A program made the translations under genes and the position numbers. 45,085 nt of DNA from Myxococcota bacterium (GTDB lineage Bacteria; Myxococcota_A; UBA796; GCA-2862545): assembly GCA_039208735.1 (NCBI GenBank), contig JBCCQY010000060.1:1-45085 (forward strand). Direction: 5' to 3'. Position 1 is the first letter of the stretch; each line of letters begins with the position of its first letter. A model generated the notes under the pieces. The model did not search any database. It was not told the origin of the DNA and was given only the letters and a program-made list of their open reading frames with translations. This document shows, piece by piece, positions 1 to 8,986 of the stretch.

Positions 1-138
1 CAACGCCCGGATAGAGGCCCGCTCTGGCCCCGCTCCTCCTTGGCGCGCGGCTAACGAGGCCTTGCTCGAACCCGGGAAGAGCCCATCTGGAGGCTCGAGT
101 CCCTGTGAAAGGGAGTGTGGACGATCTGTCCACGCGCT

Positions 139-1968
139 TTAGCCGCCCTGCGTTTCCGCTTGCTTTCGTGCCAGCTTCGCCGCCCCCTCGTTCCCCGATG
201 CCTCGTATGCGGCGGCGAGAGCCTGCCAAACGTCGACCTGCCTCGGCCGGAGGTCGGCGGCGGACTCCAAGGCCTGGACGGCCTCTTCGAGCTTGCCAAG
301 CTTGGTGAGCACCCGACCGCGCAGGAAGTGGGCCTCGCCCAGGAGGGGGTCGAAGATCAGGGCCTGATCGAGGGCGCCGAGACCTTCGCGCACCTTCCCC
401 TGGCCAAGCTTCACCACGCCAAGGTTGTAGTGGGCGAAGGCGTAGCGGGGGGAGCGGTCGAGAGCGGAGGCGAGAGCCTTCTCGGCGGCCTTCAGATTGC
501 CCTCAAGGATGAAGGCGGTCGACCGGTAGTTGTCGGGTACGCCCCACGCCGGACAGGCCTTGGCCGCACGGTCCGCCGCGGCGCTCACTTGCTTGCTCGA
601 CTCGCCGGCATAGAGCCGGGCCCGAGCCAACGCGGTCCACAAGGGAGCCGAGCTGCTCTTCTTGGCCGCGGCCTGCAGCAAGCCCATGGCTTCGCGGTCT
701 TCGGACCGGTCGCCCCCCGAACGACCGTCGCGCAACAGTTGCTGCGCCTTCACGAGCAGGGCCCCCTCTTCGGCGCTCGCTTCGCAACCGTCGGGAGGTG
801 GGACTTCACGACTGACCTCGCGTTGCTCCCGCAGGGCGGCGATCACGTAGGTTTCTTCGGCGCCGGGCTCGCCGGCGAGCAGCCCCGTCAGTCGGGCGTA
901 TTCGTCGTTGCTGATGAGCCCCATTTGGTGGTCGACACAGGCGTGCTCAGCGAGGCGCTCCCGGGCTCGCCGGTCTGCCTCATTGATCTGTTCAAGCTTC
1001 GCTGCGGCATCGAGGTTGGCAAGCGAGTCGTACAGCGAGCGTCCCGCTTCGCCTTGCGCCTTGCAGGCCTTGGCCGCCTGGGCCCGATCGACACTGCGCG
1101 CGACGATGGTGCCCTTCGGAGCCGTCTGGTTTTCAAGCACGAGCTGGCCGCCCTCGTGGAAAGCGCGCTGGAAGATGCCCTGCTGGGGCGTTTGGTCGGC
1201 GTTCTGTTGGACGCGTGCCCGCAACTCGGGAAACAGTGTATCGAGCACCACGTAGCGGCCCTGCGCCTCAGCGAGCCCCTGGCGCAGGTAGTAGGCGAAG
1301 ACCGACAACCCGTCGCGGCCTCCATCACTCACGGGCTCGTTGCCGCCCGACGCGAGCACAACCCGGCTTCGCTTGCTGGCCAGGGCCTTGAGCGGGGCGA
1401 GTTCGCTTTCCGTCGTGGGGCGAAGTGCGTCCCGGAACATGCCCGAGAAGCACGAATCGATGATCATCAGCACGTGCCGAGCCGGAATTGCGCGGAGCTT
1501 GGCCGAGACATCGTCGTTGCTCACCCAACGCGAGGTTTCGCTCAACACGGCGTCCGTGGGCAGCCAGTAGCCGCGATTCTCTCCGGTGTCGTACAACCCG
1601 TGGCCTGCGAAGTACACGATGACGGCGTCGTTGGGCTGGGTCTCCCGCTTCAGGGTGTCGAGGCGCGAGATGATGGCCTTTTCGGTGGCGTCGGCCACGA
1701 TCTCGACCTCGAAGCCAAACCGGTCGCGCAACACGCTGCCGACGGCTTCGACGTCCCTCGATGGCGTTCGAAGATCGGGAATTCCCGATTCGGGAGCGTA
1801 GTCCTGTGCGCTGAAGAGAACCGCCCGGTAGCGGGTGATGCCCAGCCCATCGTCGGGCAAGGCGTCGGTGGCTTCGATGACATCGAGACCGCGCGTGGGG
1901 GAGGGCTCAGCGGCCAGTCCCGGTGTGGCGAAAAGCGAAAGCAAACCGAGCATGAGGCCTTCCATCAT
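139..1968 (-). CDS. Exported caspase-family (peptidase C14) protease with C-terminal TPR repeats
   Basis: Hydrophobic N-terminus ending ATPGLA-AE (signal-peptide-like). Intact dyad motifs VIVYFAGHG and LMIIDSCFSG. C-terminal TPR-like repeats (AFAHYNLGVVKL, GEAHFLRGRVL, VDVWQALAAAY). Start placed at ATG 1968, which overlaps the upstream stop (ATGA); the ORF track starts at 1974. Confidence 0.9.
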   Translation of the reverse strand: MMEGLMLGLLSLFATPGLAAEPSPTRGLDVIEATDALPDDGLGITRYRAVLFSAQDYAPESGIPDLRTPSRDVEAVGSVLRDRFGFEVEIVADATEKAIISRLDTLKRETQPNDAVIVYFAGHGLYDTGENRGYWLPTDAVLSETSRWVSNDDVSAKLRAIPARHVLMIIDSCFSGMFRDALRPTTESELAPLKALASKRSRVVLASGGNEPVSDGGRDGLSVFAYYLRQGLAEAQGRYVVLDTLFPELRARVQQNADQTPQQGIFQRAFHEGGQLVLENQTAPKGTIVARSVDRAQAAKACKAQGEAGRSLYDSLANLDAAAKLEQINEADRRARERLAEHACVDHQMGLISNDEYARLTGLLAGEPGAEETYVIAALREQREVSREVPPPDGCEASAEEGALLVKAQQLLRDGRSGGDRSEDREAMGLLQAAAKKSSSAPLWTALARARLYAGESSKQVSAAADRAAKACPAWGVPDNYRSTAFILEGNLKAAEKALASALDRSPRYAFAHYNLGVVKLGQGKVREGLGALDQALIFDPLLGEAHFLRGRVLTKLGKLEEAVQALESAADLRPRQVDVWQALAAAYEASGNEGAAKLARKQAETQGG

Positions 1969-4004
1969 TGGCATCCGGATTGGCGCAATCGTTCACACGT
2001 GGTGGCCGCGTTGCGCTCGGGCGAGGACCATTGGGTGGGATCGCCCACGACCTGCAACTGCAGGAAACCCGAGGTCCAGGCAGGATCTCCCTCGGTCTCT
2101 GGCGGCTCGTCATCGATGCCTCGGGTGCCCGAGATGTGGCCAAGCACAAAGCTCTGGAGCTTGTTCTTGCCCGAGGAACGCTCCAACGCGATCGACCGCG
2201 CCTGCAGCGTGCTCCAGCGCACGGGCTCATGGCTCCCGAACACGAGGATGCGGTCAGGCGCGTCCAGGGGCGGCGTGACGGTGCCCAGCGTTTCGATATG
2301 CTTTTCATCCTTTCGCTTGAGTGTGATGGACACCCCCGCCTCGGGCCAAGCGGCGATGCTGCCGTCGTTCGCGAGGTAGAGGATGCCGATGTAGAGGTCT
2401 TTTTCGGGGTTTCGGCGCAACGAGACCTCGAGCTGTACCGGCGTGCACATGGGCACCTGAACGTAAGGAACCGGCACGGTGGGGGGCCGGTAAGGCGTTC
2501 GAGCGCAGTTGCTGGTGGTAAACGGATCTTGGGTGATCCGCAGATCGAGCATGTCGTGAGGATAGACCTCGTTCGGTTCGGCCGACAGCGCCAACAGACT
2601 GGCTTGGCGGGCGTGAAGGCCCAAGTTCTTGGCCACGTCGAGGGCTTCGCGCGCATTCCGCATGGGATTGCGATTCCGAATCGTGCCTTCGCTCCCTACG
2701 ATTTCCACTGTGCTGGCCGAACCTTGGCGCACCACGAAGTCCGCGGGACCATCGGTGAGCAGGACGGTCTTGGAAATGACGTCGTCGCTCCGAATGGCCT
2801 TGCGCAAGGCGCTGGCGAAGGCCACGCCATCCGTGATGCGCACCCGAATGGCCGCCGTGTCGCGGCCCGGCGTTTCAAGGATGGCGTAGTCGCCAGGGGA
2901 AATGCCGCGGACCTTCCCGATGGTCACCCCTTCCGCCTGGAACTGCCCTGCCTTTTCGAGCCGCACGCGACCCCGGCGTTTGGTCGCCTTGTCGGCGAAT
3001 ACTTCAACGATGGCACCTTCCGTCCATCCGGGCATGGCCGGACCCCGGAACTTGACCCGGTCGCCGCTTACCCGGTGCACCTGCCACGACAGGGAGTGAT
3101 CGACGACGGCCTGGCCAAAGATCTCCCGATCGAGCTGCCCCTCGAACGTGGCGACCTGAAAGCTGCGTTGCGCCGCGATCCAGCGAGGCACGATGGGCAT
3201 GATCTGGGACCAAGACCCTTCGCCCCGGGCATCCAGCGAACGCAACAGGGCGTTGGTGAACACGCCCTGCCCGCCCCGCTCAAGGGCCGAGGTGCCGTCT
3301 TGGGCGGCGGTGATGGTGACGAGTTCGGGGAACCGTTCGGGCCGGTAGTCTCCGTTTGCACTGACGATCCGGTTCTGGATGGGTCGTGACCGCTTGGTGG
3401 GTTCGACACGCCGTTCCGCGAATCCGGCTGACGCCACAGACCGTGTGGTGGTGCCGGAATTGCACGCATCGACGAGGACCGTGATGTTGGTGGTGCGTTG
3501 GTAGGCTTCCGCGAGCAGGGCATTGAACTCGTCGTCGAGGAAGTCGGGAACGGTGGCCCGGCTGTCGTGCAGCAGGATGGTCTCGTCCATCCCGTCTGGC
3601 TCGTCTTGGGGCCCGTCGAAGTCGGTGGTTTGGCTTCCGTGACCCGCGAAGTAGTAGACGACGGTGTCGCCCTGTGAGGCACGGCCCACGTGCTTTCGCC
3701 ACCCGTCGATGTAGGCGGCCCGGGTCGCCTCGTTGTCGAGCAGGGTGCAAATGTTGTCGACAGGAAAGCCGTAGCGCTCAATGAGCATGTCACGGATGCG
3801 GCGGGCGTCGTTGGGCGGGCCGACCAAATCGATGCTCTGGCCCCCCGGCTTGGCTTCGTAGTCGCCGATGCCAACGATATAGGCGATCTTTCGCTCTCCT
3901 GGCGTTCCCACGAGCGGCTTCGGGGACCGGTCGAGGGCGACGCAGTCGGGGCTCGCCATGGCCGCTGACCCGAGCGACCACAGCACCATCAGGGCTGACA
4001 TCAT
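1965..4004 (-). CDS. Exported caspase-family (C14) protease with middle domain and DUF4384-like C-terminal domain
   Basis: MMSALMVLWSLGSAAMA-SP signal peptide after a GAGGGAG RBS. Motifs AYIVGIGDY, VVYYFAGHGSQ, DEPDGMDETI and VLVDACNSG. C-terminal YIGILYLANDGSI...PPLDAPDRILVFGS resembles DUF4384. Confidence 0.88.
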   Translation of the reverse strand: MMSALMVLWSLGSAAMASPDCVALDRSPKPLVGTPGERKIAYIVGIGDYEAKPGGQSIDLVGPPNDARRIRDMLIERYGFPVDNICTLLDNEATRAAYIDGWRKHVGRASQGDTVVYYFAGHGSQTTDFDGPQDEPDGMDETILLHDSRATVPDFLDDEFNALLAEAYQRTTNITVLVDACNSGTTTRSVASAGFAERRVEPTKRSRPIQNRIVSANGDYRPERFPELVTITAAQDGTSALERGGQGVFTNALLRSLDARGEGSWSQIMPIVPRWIAAQRSFQVATFEGQLDREIFGQAVVDHSLSWQVHRVSGDRVKFRGPAMPGWTEGAIVEVFADKATKRRGRVRLEKAGQFQAEGVTIGKVRGISPGDYAILETPGRDTAAIRVRITDGVAFASALRKAIRSDDVISKTVLLTDGPADFVVRQGSASTVEIVGSEGTIRNRNPMRNAREALDVAKNLGLHARQASLLALSAEPNEVYPHDMLDLRITQDPFTTSNCARTPYRPPTVPVPYVQVPMCTPVQLEVSLRRNPEKDLYIGILYLANDGSIAAWPEAGVSITLKRKDEKHIETLGTVTPPLDAPDRILVFGSHEPVRWSTLQARSIALERSSGKNKLQSFVLGHISGTRGIDDEPPETEGDPAWTSGFLQLQVVGDPTQWSSPERNAATTCERLRQSGCQ

Positions 4005-4014
4005 CCCAACTCCC

Positions 4015-6630
4015 TCAACGACACGTTTCCGGACGACAGATGCGCGTGGTGTCACGCGTACCCGGCCGGGAGGTGGGGTCGATGGACCACTCCTCCGCGA
4101 CCTGCTTGTGGCGCCAGCACGCCTTGAGTCGTTCCCCGGCGTACCCGCCCCATTTCTCGAGTTCGGTGCCCACGAGATCGGACTTCCGGTACCAAGCTAG
4201 GAACTGGTACTCGACCCCCACGTCACGGGCGCCGGGGTCGAGGTTTTCGTACCCCTCCCAAATCTGACGCTCTTCGGGGCTCATACGGGCCCAACTGGCG
4301 TCACCGGCGTGGCTGCCAAACACCACGAATCGATCTGGGTCTACAACCAGGTAGGTGTGGCCGCCGGTATTGCGCCGATTCCGGGTGACGAGCACGTCGC
4401 CGGTCTGCAGCGCAAGGCCCATGCAGTCGATCCAGTGGTCCTTCATGATCTCTGGATGGTTGGCCATGATGTTGGTCGACACGAAGCCTGCGCGGAAGTT
4501 CTCGTTGGTGAACAGCAAGCATTGCCGCTGGTCCACATGGAACGCCCGTAACCGGGCCTGGTACGCCGCTTTCCGCTCTCGAGGCTGCTTCTCGGGAATC
4601 GCCGTGCGGGTGTCACCCTTGCAGGCGCGCGTGAACACGAACCACATCGTGGAGCTGCAATCGATGCCTGGGCTGTCACCGAGTTCGATTTCATCGCGGG
4701 TGAAGTCGTACGGCCGTTCCCAACACGTGTCGCCTGGCCAGTCTCGCTCGGAAAAGCGGGTTCGGTTGTTGATGGCCTTGTGGCCCTCGCCCCAACACTG
4801 GGCGTAGGCAAGCCCATCTCGCCCCGCGTTGGTGCGACGGAACTTGGCGAGCCGGTCGGCCTGCTGGAGCACCTTCGTGAGGTAGGCGTTCGGGTTGGCC
4901 GGCAGGTAGGGCGTCACATCGAAGCCGGCGAGGGTGATGTCGCGCCGCCGAGCGCCTGGGTCACGGGGAAGGTCCGTCGGGCGTGGAGGCACCGGCGTGA
5001 CTCGATAAGCGAGGTGCTGGCGGTACCAGCGGCCTCCGATGGTGGGCGGGCCCGCCACGGTGATGTCGCGTGCGGACCAGCCCGAAACCGCTCCGAAATC
5101 GACGTTGGAGCCGACGGGCGCAGCAAACACGAGAATGTGCTCGGTGATGTCGAACGGCGGCACCGACACGAGGCCAGGTTTACGCTTGGGGCGCTGTAGA
5201 TCGAAGCGGCGCCGGTCGCCGGGCTTCAGCACCACGGGGGTGTCGGTCATCGGGAAGCCGAGGAGGGTGCCGTCGTTGCCCATCACCACGACCCCAACTT
5301 CGGCCGCGAATGCGGTCTTGGCCGCAAGTTCGACCTCGACCTGCCACCGCCAACACACCGGCACCGTCTGCACCTCGTGCAAGGGGGCTTGCACCCATTC
5401 CCCGGCGGCACAGGGGCCCTGTCCTTCGACCGGTCGCATGCGGATGGTCAGGGGTCCGGTTGGGACGTCCATCGACAACAAGGCGGCTTGCTGCCCGTGC
5501 AGCATGAGGTTCTGGGCGACCTTGTCGGCGGCAGACCGGAGGTCATCGTCGGAGACGCGGTTGCGCACCCCCCCTTCGGGCCCGACGACCTCGAGTGCAC
5601 CCGACGTCGGGTCACGGCGGACGATCCAGTCTCCGCCCTCCTTCGGCACGAGCGTCACCCGGCGGGCAACCTCCTTGTCGCGGGCGATTTCTCGCTTCAG
5701 GAGACGGGCTTCTTTGGCCGGGAGATCGATGGGGCGGTCGCCCTCGAGCAGGCTCACCGTGATGCCCCCGTCGGGGATTTCGAACTTGGTGACCTGCAGC
5801 GGCTCTTCGCCAATGCCTGGCTTGCCGAACACGGGGGTCTCGAGTGCGCCCACGAGGCTCGGGACCTGGACGCTGCGAGATGCCACCTTCGCGATGAGGA
5901 GGTCCGAGAGGGCCTCGTAGGTGCCATGGCGAGGCGCGAGGTCGGTCAAGAACCGGGTGAACACCCCGCCGTTCTCGGTCTCGAGCGCTGCGCCAAGGCG
6001 TGCGGCATCAACCACGGTGAGGTTGGGGGCTCCCGCGTCGACCCAATGGTAATCTCCATCGCCAACCCCGATAATGGCCTGTTCGACCTCGGTGCGCGTC
6101 GGCGTACGGCGATCGGTGAAACGGGCGGTATGGCGACGTCGTTCGCCACTCGCGGGCTCGGTGCTCGCATCGATGACCACGGCCACGTACGAGGCGCGCC
6201 GCAGGATGCCTTCGAGGGCCTCGTGCAAAGCGTCGTCGAGAAGCATGCCGTCGGCAAGCATCCAGGCTTCGTCCCAGGGGTCCGGTTCATCCTGGTTCAC
6301 ATCGGCGACGAGGGTGCCTGCACCAGCGAAATAGAGCACCACGGGTTCGTCCTTGGGCGCACCGTCGACGAGCTTCGTGAATTCTGCCGTCACCGCGTCG
6401 ACGGTGGCGGCCTTTCCGACCAGCTTCACGACATCGCCGGGCGGAAACCCGTAGGTCCCCGTGAGCAAGGCTCCCATCTTCTCAACATCGGCGTTAGCGC
6501 CCGGCAATGCGGGCCCTTCCCGGGGCTCACTCGCTCCGATGAGCACGGCCCGGCCGGACGCATAGGCGCTCGATGGGGCCAGCCAAAAACTCATCATCAG
6601 GAGGGGAACAAGGGCAGCGAGGTGGATCAA
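4015..6630 (-). CDS. Exported inactive caspase homologue fused to a DUF4384-like domain and a C-terminal NlpC/P60-like cysteine hydrolase domain
   Basis: TTG start with GGAGG RBS and signal peptide (..APSSAYA-SG). Caspase-fold motifs with the dyad lost: VVLYFAGAG and VVIDASTE. C-terminal YAQCWG, PGIDCSS, LQTGDVLV, GGHTYLV and FGSHAG follow NlpC/P60 motif order. Confidence 0.8.
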   Translation of the reverse strand: MIHLAALVPLLMMSFWLAPSSAYASGRAVLIGASEPREGPALPGANADVEKMGALLTGTYGFPPGDVVKLVGKAATVDAVTAEFTKLVDGAPKDEPVVLYFAGAGTLVADVNQDEPDPWDEAWMLADGMLLDDALHEALEGILRRASYVAVVIDASTEPASGERRRHTARFTDRRTPTRTEVEQAIIGVGDGDYHWVDAGAPNLTVVDAARLGAALETENGGVFTRFLTDLAPRHGTYEALSDLLIAKVASRSVQVPSLVGALETPVFGKPGIGEEPLQVTKFEIPDGGITVSLLEGDRPIDLPAKEARLLKREIARDKEVARRVTLVPKEGGDWIVRRDPTSGALEVVGPEGGVRNRVSDDDLRSAADKVAQNLMLHGQQAALLSMDVPTGPLTIRMRPVEGQGPCAAGEWVQAPLHEVQTVPVCWRWQVEVELAAKTAFAAEVGVVVMGNDGTLLGFPMTDTPVVLKPGDRRRFDLQRPKRKPGLVSVPPFDITEHILVFAAPVGSNVDFGAVSGWSARDITVAGPPTIGGRWYRQHLAYRVTPVPPRPTDLPRDPGARRRDITLAGFDVTPYLPANPNAYLTKVLQQADRLAKFRRTNAGRDGLAYAQCWGEGHKAINNRTRFSERDWPGDTCWERPYDFTRDEIELGDSPGIDCSSTMWFVFTRACKGDTRTAIPEKQPRERKAAYQARLRAFHVDQRQCLLFTNENFRAGFVSTNIMANHPEIMKDHWIDCMGLALQTGDVLVTRNRRNTGGHTYLVVDPDRFVVFGSHAGDASWARMSPEERQIWEGYENLDPGARDVGVEYQFLAWYRKSDLVGTELEKWGGYAGERLKACWRHKQVAEEWSIDPTSRPGTRDTTRICRPETCR

Positions 6631-6714
6631 TCGGTCCTCCCGAGGACGTGCCGACCTTTATGAGATGCTCGTCTGCGCTGCACCCTTTCCTTGATCCTCC
6701 GATTCCAACCTCGA

Positions 6715-7488
6715 TCAGTTGGGGTCTTCCGCCTTGGCACCTTCAAAGCGCTGCCACACGACGAGCACGACGATGATGATGGCGAGGGACACCAGGGTGA
6801 CCTGAAGCGGCTGCACGCGTTCGAGTTCCGCTGCGTTGAGGTTGGACCCAAACAGTTCCTGGGCTCGTCCAATGGCCAGCGAGATGCGGCCCATGACCGT
6901 AAACCCAAAGCTCGCCCCAAACGACAGCATGAGTACGAGCACGCCAAACCGGCTGATGCCTCGCATGACGGGCGAATGCGGCGCCGAAAAGTAGAAGTGA
7001 AGCAGGCAAGCAGCCAGTCCGACGACGAGGAAGATCGAACTCAGCACCCCGGCATAGTCGGCACTGGGGTCGACGAGGCCGTGCATCTCGTAGACCACCC
7101 GCAGGTTGGGCATGGTCTCGGCGACCTGCCGCATGAGGCTTCCACTGGCTTCGCCGGTGAGTTTTACCCCTGCGTAGGCCGCGACGAGGAACGCGATGGG
7201 GAGCCGGGCCATCCAGGCCACGGAACGACCCCCCACCTTGAGGAACAGCAGGATGCACAGTAACAACGGAAACAGCGAGATGAGGTTTCCGTCAGCGAGC
7301 TTGTCGAGCAGGTTCGGCTTGAATGCGTTGTAAAACTGCTGGACCACCCCAATCCCGATCGACACGCCCAGGAACAGGTGCTCGGCGATCTTGTACAACG
7401 GATTATCGGCGTACAAGTATGAGAAGATGCACAGGGTAAGGAAGATCGAGAGCCAGGCTCCAAGGAGCGTCAGCACTTCGCCGCTCAT
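6715..7488 (-). CDS. Uncharacterised polytopic membrane protein (GlmL-operon member)
   Basis: MSGEVLTLLGAWLSIFLTLCIFSYLYADNPLYKIAEHLFLGVSIG, with about 7 hydrophobic segments. ATG 7488 overlaps the upstream stop; the ORF-track extension to 7647 is not protein-like. Confidence 0.8.
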   Translation of the reverse strand: MSGEVLTLLGAWLSIFLTLCIFSYLYADNPLYKIAEHLFLGVSIGIGVVQQFYNAFKPNLLDKLADGNLISLFPLLLCILLFLKVGGRSVAWMARLPIAFLVAAYAGVKLTGEASGSLMRQVAETMPNLRVVYEMHGLVDPSADYAGVLSSIFLVVGLAACLLHFYFSAPHSPVMRGISRFGVLVLMLSFGASFGFTVMGRISLAIGRAQELFGSNLNAAELERVQPLQVTLVSLAIIIVVLVVWQRFEGAKAEDPN

Positions 7489-8360
7489 GCGCGACCTCCC
7501 GCAGCGGGGCCGCCCCGCGGCCGGGTGAGGAACCAGGCGATGTTGCCCAGCATGATCAGGACGATGATGTAGAGGTGCCCCAAGTTGAGCACGTTCACGG
7601 CGGGCGTTGCGAGCAGGCGTACCCCTTCGGGCGGACCGTCGGGCCATACCAGCCGCTCATACTGGGCTGCCGCCGGCATGCCTCCGACGAGCCCTCGCAG
7701 CTGATTGCCCTTGTAGAAGGGGACATAGTCAGGCGCCGACACCGCGGTGCATGCGCTTACCATGTCGAGCGAGTACTGCCCCTGGATCTGCAGGACGTAC
7801 TCCCGAGTGCCCGGAAATCCAGCTGAAATCAGGACCAAGAGGGGAAAGTCCTGGGCCTGTCGCTTGCCCTGCATGATGGGGAGCGACTCCACAGGATTGC
7901 CCTTGGGATCGACCGGAAAACTCTTGGGAATGTTGGCGCCAATCGCTTTGATGGCGAGTTCGAGCCCCGGCTTGAATCCGAGAAAGGCGTAGTCCGTGCC
8001 GTACTCGAGATCATAGGCGCCCGCGACCTCTTCGAGCATCGGTCCGACGAGCGGGGGGGCCGTTTCCCATAGGGTCACCATGACCACCTTCACGTCCTTG
8101 CGGAACAGGTGGTGCAGGTTCGCTCGCATGAAGGGTTCGAGTTCGGGACGGGACCCCGGATCGAAATCGGCCGACAGCAGCACGGTCGACCCATCGGGCA
8201 CGGCCTCGACTTGATCGTACAGCGCCTGGACACGCTCATCGATCTTGAAGCCAAGCTGAATGGGGACGAACATGGGTACGACGATGGCCACCGCCATCCC
8301 GAGAAACACGAAGCGCGGGTCCATGCGTTGGAACCGCTCGAGGAACTGGAACAGGGTCAT
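7485..8360 (-). CDS. Uncharacterised membrane-anchored protein, 291 aa (GlmL-operon member)
   Basis: N- and C-terminal TM segments flank a soluble alpha/beta domain (LSADFDPGSRPEL, GLVGGMPAAAQYE). ATGA overlaps at both ends. Confidence 0.8.
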   Translation of the reverse strand: MTLFQFLERFQRMDPRFVFLGMAVAIVVPMFVPIQLGFKIDERVQALYDQVEAVPDGSTVLLSADFDPGSRPELEPFMRANLHHLFRKDVKVVMVTLWETAPPLVGPMLEEVAGAYDLEYGTDYAFLGFKPGLELAIKAIGANIPKSFPVDPKGNPVESLPIMQGKRQAQDFPLLVLISAGFPGTREYVLQIQGQYSLDMVSACTAVSAPDYVPFYKGNQLRGLVGGMPAAAQYERLVWPDGPPEGVRLLATPAVNVLNLGHLYIIVLIMLGNIAWFLTRPRGGPAAGGRA

Positions 8361-8986
8361 CCCTCGCCTCCCAAGTGGCTACGCTCGATGCCGAGGATGA
8401 CGCGCAGGCCGGTGGCGATGGCGCCCAAGGCCGCCCCAATGAAGATGGCGCGTCGTGCCGCGGTGTTGGGCACGTCCATGATCCAGTTGCGAATGCCCGG
8501 GAGGTAGTCGCCGATCAAGGGGATTTGTTCGCCGATGGGCACGCTCGCGAGCATCACGAGCATGGCGGCTGACAACAGGACCGCGGCGTCCAGGTTTCGC
8601 GCTCGAAAGGCCCGGAACGCCGCCGAGGCGATGAAGAATGCAAGCAACGCGAACATCGTCGCTGACAAAGGCACGAAGACGTAGTCGTAAATCCACTTGT
8701 AGACGTCGCCTTCTTCGCCGTAGCCCAAGCCAAAAACCAGCGTGACGGCGAGGGCTACGAGCATGAGGAGCTTGTACGGCCAATCTCGTTCGCGGCGCGC
8801 GATCTTGGGGACGTTGACCTGCAGCAGATTCAAAATGCCCAGCAGGTAGGCCGCTGCGGCCAGGATGAGGCCCCACTCCGTGAACTCGTCGGTGAGCGCT
8901 TTGAATCGGTAGTGCGGGATGAAGAACTCGAGGGCCATGACAATGCCCACGACCATCGTGATGATGAGGGGAAGCGTACGCCTCAT
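8357..8986 (-). CDS. Uncharacterised polytopic membrane protein, 209 aa (GlmL-operon member)
   Basis: About 6 hydrophobic helices. Motifs PLSATMFALLAFFIASAAFRAFRARN and PNTAARRAIFIG. Overlaps both neighbours by 4 nt. Confidence 0.8.
   Translation of the reverse strand: MRRTLPLIITMVVGIVMALEFFIPHYRFKALTDEFTEWGLILAAAAYLLGILNLLQVNVPKIARRERDWPYKLLMLVALAVTLVFGLGYGEEGDVYKWIYDYVFVPLSATMFALLAFFIASAAFRAFRARNLDAAVLLSAAMLVMLASVPIGEQIPLIGDYLPGIRNWIMDVPNTAARRAIFIGAALGAIATGLRVILGIERSHLGGEG

Noticed and set aside
115..2379. 754-aa plus-strand ORF and other long antisense ORFs (e.g. 1968-3389, 5377-6663, 38878-40314, 41509-43104)
   Set aside because: Shadow frames opposite motif-supported genes. High-GC codon bias suppresses antisense stops, and they carry no recognisable motifs.
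139..6630. Caspase cluster as a known cytoplasmic anti-phage system (gasdermin, CBASS or type III CRISPR associated)
   Set aside because: No gasdermin, cyclase, SAVED/CARF or cas gene is visible, and all three proteins have signal-peptide-like N-termini.
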